A stretch of DNA of 64,000 nt, from the NCBI GenBank assembly GCA_013265495.1, contig MU058045.1, positions 717,986-781,985 on the forward strand, written 5' to 3'. The stretch comes from Vicugna vicugna. Lineage: Eukaryota. The number at the start of each line of letters is the position of its first letter. The stretch's first letter is position 1. Positions 11,801 through 20,218 of the stretch are shown here, one piece after another. Under the pieces are notes generated by a model. It saw nothing but the letters and a program-made list of their open reading frames with translations, was not told where the DNA came from and searched no databases. The position numbers were made by a program, and so were the translations under genes.

Positions 11801-14800
11801 ACTAGAAGCAATAGGAGACCTGAAGAGAGATTACCTTTCTCACTGTTGAAATCTGCGTCATTCCATTTCTGTGTCTCCTCGTGCACATGGATGGGTCATT
11901 TAAAATCACCCAGCAATTCACCAGTTGGGCCCAGCCCACTCTTAGGAGACACTGGATAAATGATGGCCGGGGTCCATTCCGTCTGCATCTCACTGTGATC
12001 TAATTACCAGGAGGGCAGCGGGGCCCCAGGTGATGGAGGGGGTCTGGGGAAGGGGTCTGCATGCTGCTGCCTGCCTCGCTCTCAGATCTGTAACTGGGCC
12101 TCATTGCCCCGTGCTTTCCAGCCCTGCTTCCCAACATGATCTCCCGGAGGACAGGCCAAATCGTGCTAGTGAATAACCTCCAAGGGAAGCTGGGAATCCC
12201 GTTCCGCACCGCCTGTAAGTTGCTAAGGCAAAAATGTTTCGTCTTATGTTACATGTCTTATAAGAGATGTTGTGTCTGGGACTAGGCGTATGGCCGCATC
12301 GGGGAGGAGGTCCAGGGATGGAGGCATCCGCTGGCTTTGCTTTCTTCCCTTCAGCTCCTATTTTTGAGCACCTACAGCACTCAGGTGACTGCGGGAGATA
12401 AAAAAGAAGCCTTCCTCCCGCACCCCCAGAAGCTGCGTCCCACAGGCGGCCAGGACGTGCCCTGGCTGAACGGGACCCGTGCCAGATCAAGGTCACACTC
12501 CTGACGTGGGTGCGCAGTCCCAGCTCAGATGCCCCCTTCTCAGCAAAGATGCCCTTGAGGGACAGGAAAGATTACAACCGGGAAAGAAAGGAGGGGTGCG
12601 TGTCATATCTGGAAACGGGAGATGGATGAAGGGTTCTGAGGAGGGAGGAGGGAGAGAAGGAAAGGGGCAGAGTCCCAGCAGAGGCGCCAGAGAGGATTCT
12701 AAAGTGACAGTCCTCGAAAAGGTCTGAGGGCGAGTGGGGCTTCTCAGTGTATGTTCATGGGATCCAGCTGGGAAAATGGTGGAGCCACTCCCACCACCCA
12801 TGAGGTGGGATGTGGGAGGGTGGGGAGCAAGCCTCATACGTTTCTTTACGGCCCACAGTACCACGCACGGCACAGGAGCTGGGGAAGTGTCTGCTGGGCA
12901 GAAGGGAGGGACGAACAAGGAATGGGTGGGGCCCCTGACTTAGTCTGCTGGGGCCGCTGTAAAGAAATACCACACGCTGGATGGCTCAGACAACAGAAAC
13001 GGATTTTCTTACAGTTCCAGAGGCTGGAAGCCCAAGATCAAGGTGCCAGGAGGTTTGATTTTCCCTGAGGCCCCTCTCCTTGGCTTGCAGACGGCCGTCT
13101 TCTCCCTGTGCCCCCACATGGACTCTCCTCTGTGTGCAGCCCTGCCGTCCCCTCCTCTTCTTATAAGGACACCAGTCAGGCTGGATTAGGGCCCACCCTA
13201 ACGGCCTCCCAGGAGCATCCGATCAAGCCAGAGGGAGACTCCTGTGGGGAGGGGGAGAAAGAGAAGCCCAAAGGGCTCCCCTGGGGTCCTAGCCACATAG
13301 GGGCCACCAAACATTGTGTGACACAACGGGGCGGCCCATATGAGGACATGGTAACACTCAGGTTGGTAAAAGAATTTACCAGAGATAAAGTATGAGCATA
13401 GAAACACGTTTATCAGGGGACACTGCCATAGGCCACTGCGGGCCACACAGACGAGGGGGCTGGTTGTTGGGGTCTTTTATAAGGTCGGGTCACAAGGTGC
13501 CTGATCGGCTTGTGCACAAGTCTCTGATGGGCTGAGGTGAGGGAAGAGGTTTAGGTCTGTGAAGGGCAGTGATAAGGCAGGCATGACCTGGGGCTGTCAG
13601 TCTGTTAGGGGAAACACGTGCAGTAAAGAGTGTCAGACACCTGAGAGCCCAGGAAAGGGGGTTCAGAGAGCTTCTAGGTTGGTGAACACGCGGAGGTTTG
13701 GGGACAGTGGTACACTCCGCGGGGGCGTGGAAGATCTGATCCCTTCCCCCATAACTGGCCCTGTTCATCTCTTCCATCTGGCTGTTCCTGAGTTATATCC
13801 TTTTCTAATAAACCTATAACCTAGTAAGTATAAGGTTTCTCTGAGTTCCGTGAGCTACTCTCGCAAATTAACCGAACCCAAGGAAAGGCCCATTGGAATC
13901 TCCAGTATACAGCCAGCTGGTCAGAAGTACAGGTGACAATGTGGGCTTGTGATCAGCCTGAACGGGGTTGGGGGACAGTCCTGTAGGACTGAACCCTGAA
14001 CTCCTGCTCGCCAATGCTCTTACCCTGGGCCCCTGCTATAAACGGGAGTGACTGTGAAAGTACAGCCTATTTATCAGAGGGTCTCCCAGGCGGGCGCTGT
14101 GTGAGGAGTTTCACACATCTCATCTTGTTCTAAACTCACAGCAGTAATATTCCGCTCTATTTATGCCTCACCAGGTCCTCAGGTTACAGGTGAGGCACCC
14201 AGCACCTGCATTCTTAACCCCGCTGACCTCAGGACCTTGGAGAAATCACTCTCCCTTGGGGAATCAGCCTTCCCGGGAAGGGATGAGAACTCATGCTAGT
14301 GCCAGGTGTTTCAGATACGTTTTCTTATTTGGCAAGCGTGATATTATGCCCATTTTAAAGATAAGAAAACTGAGCCTTGGAGGTAATAATTAGCCACTGA
14401 CCCAAAGTCACGCTGTGGACAAGTGGTTAAATTGGACTCAGCCCCAGCTCTGCGTCTGCCCAGCTCTGTCCTCCCCTATGGCGTGAGGAGCAGGGCTGTA
14501 ACTTTTGAGGCCTCTTTCAGCGGAGTCTGTAGGAACGTGCGTCTCCAGCGTCCCCCTGGGAAGCGTGGCCGGGATTTGCGTTCACCTCCCGGCTGGTTTC
14601 TCTTCCAGATGCCGCCTCAAAGCACGCGGCACTAGGCTTCTTCGACTGCCTCCGGGCGGAGGTGGAGGAATACGACGTGGTCGTCAGCACCGTGAGCCCT
14701 ACTTTCATCCGGTCCTACCACGTTCCGCCCAGCCAAGGAAACCGGGAGGCCTCCGTTTGGAAATGTGAGCTTTCAGAGGGAAGCTGGAGGGACGGGGGCT

Positions 14801-15917
14801 GGGAGGGCTCCCAGGGGTGGGGGTGCAGGGTGTTCCCGAAGCATGAGACTGGGGGCCATGGGACCCCTGCACCCAGCCAATGGCAGGGAGAGGCCCCCAA
14901 ACTTCAGCCCTGAGGCACCAGGTAGATGGAATCCTCACTTGCAACCAGCAGACTCTGCGCTCCATCACTCACAGGCTCTCTGCCCTCGGCCACATGACTG
15001 CAGGTCTCTGGGCTCAGTCTCCCACGTGGAAGAGCCAGGATTTGGTCTTTAAGAACCCCCGGCCCCTGTGCCCTAGGAAGCAGCACAGAGTCCAGGCTGC
15101 CTGCCTGCATCTGCAGCTCGTCTCTGTCACATACTCCACATCTGACCACGGGCAATTCCCTGCACCTCTGCCCCAGTTTCCCCTTTGGAAAATGAGGGCT
15201 GATGGTAATACCTACCTTGTGTAGCCATTGGGAGGACCAAAAGTTCCAGCTCATAAAGGGTTTGGAGCTGCAACCAGCACATCGTGAGTGCTCTGTAAAT
15301 GCACCTACTGTTCCTATTCTAGAATGCTCTGAACCGAGCAGCTCCACTCTGCCTGAGGCTCTGTCTTCATTAGGGAATCAGGATGAACCAAGATGTGGGC
15401 AAGTGGTTTCCAGGGGCTCCAGACAAGCCCAAATCTGCAACAGTTACAAACCACAGCCCCTTCAGACATCTGGCCCCTTCTTCTAAGCTCTTTCTCATCC
15501 CTTCCACGGCTCACAACCACCCTGCGAAGTTAATAGGGCAGGAAACTGCACCCACTTTACAGATGAGGAGGCTGAGGCACGGGGGTCAAGTGCCTCCCCC
15601 AGGGCTCGGGAAGCCTGGGACTCCAGCACCACACACTCCTCACCTCGGCTCTGACCCCTCCGTCTCCTGCAGAGGCTAGAAGCCCCGCCCCCTCCTGGGG
15701 CTTTTCAGTCTTTTTCAGGAAGCTGACCTACGGGGTGCACCCGGTGGATGTGGCGGAGGAGGTGATGCGCACGGTGAGACGGAAGAAGCAAGAGGTCTTC
15801 ATGGCCAACCCCATCCCCAAGGCCGCTGTGTACATCCGCACCTTCTTCCCGGAGTTCTTTTTTGCCGTGGTGGCCTGCGGGGTGAAGGAGAAACTCAGCG
15901 TCCCGGAGGAGGGGTAA
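5700..15917 (+). CDS. DHRS7C: Dehydrogenase/reductase SDR family member 7C (SRP-35), complete spliced CDS: join(5700..5853,8467..8579,9951..10164,12122..12214,14609..14764,15709..15917), 312 aa
   Basis: Exon lengths 154+113+214+93+156+209 = 939 nt, in frame with GT/AG boundaries. Protein runs [26 protein letters not shown]...[10 protein letters not shown]...INNAS...YAASK...[10 protein letters not shown], matching recalled DHRS7C; adjacency to USP43 fits known synteny. Confidence 0.97.
8467..8579 (+). CDS. DHRS7C: DHRS7C coding exon 2 ([38 protein letters not shown])
   Basis: Acceptor ccacag|; donor AAG|GTAAGG; 113 nt restores phase 0. Confidence 0.96.
9951..10164 (+). CDS. DHRS7C: DHRS7C coding exon 3 ([14 protein letters not shown]...INNAS...[10 protein letters not shown])
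   Basis: NAGNAG acceptor CAG|CAG| (start 9951 or 9954); donor AAG|GTCTCA. Confidence 0.94.
11365..11575 (-). mobile_element. L1 3' end fragment
   Basis: Antisense GATATTGAATATAGTTCCCTGTGCTATACAGTAGG motif. Confidence 0.8.
11627..11770 (+). mobile_element. Vic-1-type SINE (tRNA-Ala-AGC derived, camelid)
   Basis: TATAGCTCAGTGGTAGAG...GTGCTTAGCATGCAC...GGTTCAACCCC head and A-rich tail; 13-bp TSD AGACCTAYTGGAA at 11614-11626 and 11771-11783. Confidence 0.9.
12122..12214 (+). CDS. DHRS7C: DHRS7C coding exon 4 ([31 protein letters not shown])
   Basis: Acceptor tttccag|; donor CCT|GTAAGT; 93 nt. Confidence 0.96.
12940..13210. mobile_element. MaLR LTR (MLT1-like) fragment
   Basis: AATACCACA...CAGTTCCAGAGGCTGGAAGCCCAAGATCAAGGTGCC...TTATAAGGACACCAGTC. 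Confidence 0.75.
13620..14000 (+). mobile_element. MER21-like LTR fragment
   Basis: CATCTCTTCCATCTGGCTGTTCCTGAGTTATATCCTTTTCTAATAAAC...GTCAGAAGTACAGGTGACAA; homologous to the copies at 33290 and 48973. Confidence 0.75.
14609..14764 (+). CDS. DHRS7C: DHRS7C coding exon 5 ([37 protein letters not shown]...)
   Basis: Acceptor cttccag|; donor AAT|GTGAGC. The catalytic YxxxK Tyr codon is split T|AT across intron 4. Confidence 0.96.
15709..15917 (+). CDS. DHRS7C: DHRS7C terminal coding exon ([30 protein letters not shown]...VPEEG*)
   Basis: Acceptor cttttcag|; stop TAA at 15915-15917. Confidence 0.95.
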
Positions 15918-15949
15918 CTGCAGGGGGGCAAACCGGTCACCTCGAGGGG

Positions 15950-15955
15950 AATAAA
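15950..15955 (+). terminator. DHRS7C polyadenylation signal AATAAA
   Basis: AATAAA 32 nt after the stop codon, implying a very short 3' UTR. Confidence 0.75.
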
Positions 15956-16201
15956 GGCTTTCCTGGCCGGTGCTGGCTCCTCTGTCCTCTCGGCGCTGCC
16001 TACCTCCACTGCCCCGCACGAGACATCTCCCAGCACGAGACATCTCCCAACCTTCACTCCGTCCAAGTGGGGATGCTCGGAGGCCAGCCCGGTCCCATGG
16101 GGCTGCTGGGCGTCTGGGCCAAGACATTCCTAGGACAGATTTCCAGATGCTTCTCTATAGGGTGACAACCGAGCAGGAAAACAGGAACCATAACAGGTCC
16201 A

Positions 16202-16227
16202 ACACACACACACACACACACGCACAC
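16202..16227. repeat. (CA)n microsatellite downstream of DHRS7C
   Basis: Visible dinucleotide run. Confidence 0.9.
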
Positions 16228-16340
16228 TGTGGCCATCAGCCTGCCCAGGGACTCACTCAGAAAACCCCTTCCGTTTTACACAAGGGTGACCTGCCCGGTC
16301 AGCCCCCAGCCAGAGAAGCTGGACTTGGCGACCCGATCGG

Positions 16341-16545
16341 GCAGGGCTGCCAAATGGAACTTCCTGCGGTGATGGAAATATTCTATCGCCTGCAGGGTCC
16401 AGGATGTTAGCCAGTAGCCACCAGTGGCTGTTGAGCCCTTGAAATGTGGCCTGTGGAACTGAGAAACTGAATTTTTCATTTTATTTTATTTGAATTAATT
16501 TGAATTGAAAGAGCTGCGGGGGGCTAACAGCTCCCAGGGTGGCCA
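16341..16545. mobile_element. MER3-like hAT non-autonomous DNA transposon
   Basis: GAACTTCCTGCGGTGATGGAAATATTCTATC...TTGAAATGTGGC...GAAACTGAATTTTT. Confidence 0.7.
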
Positions 16546-17597
16546 CACAGCGGAGCTGTAACGCCCCTTCCCGGCAGCTCATCAGAATCAGCCCTTTCCC
16601 CTGGATTTAATTGGTCCAAAGAGGAGCCCAGGCACAGCTGTTTAAAACTTTTTTCAGTTGCTTCTAAGGTGCAACAAATCCTGAGAACTCCTGCCCTGGG
16701 GCTTCCAGCTCATTCCAACCTTTTCTCCCGTTCTCAAAGCAAAACTCTTTTAAAACCGCCATCCTTGTTACTGGATGGGTGTTTCTCCTGGTTTGGTTTT
16801 TCTTTAATGATTCTTGGGATCTCGAAAAGTGGAGGGCACATTTTTTGCACTGATATTGTAACTACTAATGCAAACTTTTCTAATATTTATAGATGAAAGA
16901 GGGCTCAAATTTCCCCTGGAACCCACGCCATTTACCAAATTAACACATAGGTGGTACACATATGCACATATATATGCCTGGATTTAAAAAGCAAAGTGTC
17001 CAGGATCACGTGATCACCAGGGACTCCAGGTCACCCCAGGATAAGGCTGATGGTCAGGATGTGTAGCCAGAATTTAGGGGGGTCAGCTAAGGCAGAGCAG
17101 GTCTGGAGTCAGCAAGAAAACCTTCTATGTTATTGCTTTTGTTGGGGATGGGTACTAGAGTGGTGCTTAGGATGAGGGACGAATGGATGGTGGTTAGGGG
17201 CCGAGGCATGAACAAATGCATCAGGAAAGTGACTGAAATGTGATTGGTGGTCAGAGACAGAGGTGGCAGCTTCGGGACAAGAAAGGCTGGAGCCAGGGCC
17301 GCAGGCAGCCAGTCCTGGGGTCACCCCGGTGCTGGGCTCCGGGCCAAGCTTGGCCACAACCCAGACCCGGACCCTGGGGGTCTCTTTAGGGCTGTGCCTC
17401 CTCTCAGGTTGGTGTGTCACAGGGGGGCGGGGCTGAGGGGACCATGTTTTGGAGGTGGGGGAGGGACCATGCTTCTCCGGAGCAGCTTCTCAGAGTGACC
17501 TGGGAAGCAGGCTTCTGGGCTGGTCCTTGGTTTGGCTCAGATAGAACTCCTTCCTATTATGATTGATTGTTTATTGATTATTTATGTTGACATTACT

Positions 17598-17770
17598 TAC
17601 AGAAGCCAGGAAGAGGCGAGGAAGGGTCCTCCCCTACAGGTTTCAGAGAGAGCAAGGCCCTGCTCTGCCCTGGATTTTGGACTTCTAGCCTCCAGAATCA
17701 TGAAACAATACATTTCTGTTGTTTTAAGCCACCCTGTTTGTGGCAGTTGCCACCAGCATCTTTAGGAAAC
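17598..17770 (+). mobile_element. MaLR LTR (MLT1-like) 3' part
   Basis: CAGAAGCCAGGAAGAGGC...GGACTTCTAGCCTCCAGAA...TTTCTGTTGTTTTAAGCCACCC. Confidence 0.75.
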
Positions 17771-17789
17771 ACACCCCGATTTGAATATA

Positions 17790-18189
17790 TATGTTTCTGG
17801 CCTGCATCTTGACCGGTGCAGCCAATAGCCTGAAGTTTGTCAGACAAGAACCAGAAAAAACTGGGGGCTGTTCTCTCAAGGAGACACAAGCATCCTTTTC
17901 CGTGTGCTTACCGAGCCCAAAGAAGCAGTCTGGTTAAGGCTAATGTCATGAGAGAATGAAACAGCTCCTCATCCAAAGGCCCAGGCAAATCCACCGACCC
18001 AGTCTTCCCCACCTTCACCCCATTCACGGGATCAGGCCACCCTCCTCCAGGAGTGAGAAGGGAACCTGTTACTTGTTTTTGCTCCCTCATGCTGCTGCAC
18101 CAGCGCCAATAAAGCGTTGCCTGAATTCCTCGTCTGGCCTCTTATCGATTTCTATTGATTAAAGGGTCCAAGGACCCTGGTCAGTAACA
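17790..18189 (+). mobile_element. Solo ERV LTR (family uncertain)
   Basis: TG...CA termini (TGTTTCTGG...GGTCAGTAACA) and an internal AATAAA at 18108-18113; no clear TSD. Confidence 0.5.
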
Positions 18190-18445
18190 AAGTGATGGTC
18201 CACAAAGACAGGCTCTGGTCCTTGAAAATATGTGCCCTCCAGAGGGAGACCTGGGGAGATTTCTATTTACTTAGAGAACCGCAAGTCATTTTAATGAAAA
18301 GTCCTTTAAATTTTCAGACACAACTCCATCAACCGCTTTCTGGTATCAACAGCAATGAGCCATGTTTACACAGCAGAAACAATACATGATCATTTGTCTA
18401 ACTTGAATAACTCAGACAGCCATTTACACATTTCACTGATGAGCT

Positions 18446-18451
18446 TTTATT
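18446..18451 (-). terminator. USP43 distal polyadenylation signal AATAAA (a proximal AATAAA is also present at 19013-19018)
   Basis: TTTATT on the + strand at the end of an AT-rich region about 680 nt past the stop codon. Confidence 0.6.
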
Positions 18452-19127
18452 AAAATTGTACATAGAGCTTAGTTAATTATTTTTTTAAAAAAGAACTTCC
18501 TTTTTTCCTAGTATCAAAATAGTTCTCTTTTTTAAATACCTTGAAAAACTTTAATACAATTATTTGTTATATATTAAATACTCTCCTAAAATCTGAATCA
18601 TTTCTCTCCCATCTCTTTTCTCCTAGAATCCTGCCTTTCCATCACTACCACTTTTTCTTTGGCATCTTTAATGCTTTATCCCAGAGAAACATTAAAAGGA
18701 AAAGATTTTCCTGTTAAGTCCACTATTTCAAAAAAAATTTTTTTTTAAATAGAAGTCAATTATATTTGATTTGATATTGAAAATTCTCATTAACTAGGCT
18801 TCCCTACAGAGTTATGTTTGCCCACATCCAATTACTCTTTAGTACAAGTATTCAGACGCTGGAATTTAAATAAAGCAGCATTTCTTGTCCTGAAATGATT
18901 ATGCTGACCCAACAGCGCCCTCCAGTGGTCTGGAAGTATAAAAGCAGCCAACAACATAGAGTATTTTGGGGTATTAGGTGTTGGAAATCTAGATGCAGAG
19001 ACAAAAAACTGTTTTATTTTCAAGACAACCAGCTTCCCCAAATCCCACTCTCAACACGAGCCATCTACAGGTGCTCAGTGCAGAGTCTCGAGAAAGCCAG
19101 CGTCACCCATCACTAGAATACACACCA

Positions 19128-20218
19128 TCAGAGGCTGGACTCGGGTAACATTTTCTTCCGGCCTAAGGAAAGAGTGTGGTATTTCACCTTCGGTAAGGTT
19201 CCGAAAGAAGCCTGCTCCCCGGGAACACTCATCTGTGACGTGCCGAGAGTACTGGCCCTCGGGGGCCTGCCGGCCTTGCGAGGGAGGCGCAGGGAGCTGG
19301 GCGCTGACCGGACGTCTCTCTCTGGGTGGCCATCCGGACCCCTGGTCAGGCTCCCTCGAATCCCGAGGGGTGGGGACGAGCCTCGAGCCTGCTCGTCCAC
19401 AGCCGGGCTCAGCCTGCCACTCACCAGGGAGCCTGGGGCCGCCTGGGGGGCCGCCTGGGGGGTCGCCTCGTTCCATTCACCCTTCCTGTTCTCCTTCCTC
19501 CAAAACACAGACCTCAGAAGGGTGAGGGTCCCCTGTGGGAATCGGTCTGTCTCCGAGTCCCTGCCCTCCGCATTAGCCCTCATCTTGCCTAAGGCATTTC
19601 GGTGACTGTCTGCACTGTTTCTAGAAAACATGGCAACACTGGGAGCCTCCTTGGGGGAGGGCACGCTGCCCCTGCTCCCCACCGGGCCACTGCCCTTACA
19701 GCTTGTGGGCTTCTGGCCCTCCGGCCGGGCTCGTTTCTCATTCTGCACTGAGGACATCACCGTAAGGGGCAGGTCAAACTGTCTGGGCAGCCTGATATCT
19801 TGACTAGAGTTTTCCTTGAGCTTCCTTGCTGTGTTGGGGCCATCTGAGTTGCCAGGGTGGTCCAAGGGGCAGGGCGCCCCGGCCAGCACTGTCTCGCTGG
19901 CTCGCCCACTATCTTCACTTTCACCCTTAGCAGAAAGGGTGGCGTTTAACCCCAGTGCTGCCGACTTCTTATCCCCGCCGGCAGCGCCAGTCAGCAGCGG
20001 CACGATGGACTGGCTCGTGGATCGAGGTCTCCGTCTGGACTCCAAGTACTCCACCAACCCGACAGATGCACCCGGTGGTGGCTTCTCCCTGGGGCCAAAA
20101 GACCACCGGAGGGGCACAGTCTTGAAGGCCCCCTGCTTGGTTCGGGAAGGGGCGGGCCCCTTCATGCTGATGCTGCGGCCTTGGACGCCTCCTGCCAAAG
20201 GCCTGGCCTCCAAACCTC
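19128..20218 (-). CDS. USP43: USP43 terminal exon 15, coding part (disordered C-terminal tail)
   Basis: Acceptor tctctttcag| at 20219; ORF track 19128..20240; stop TGA at 19130-19128. Confidence 0.95.
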
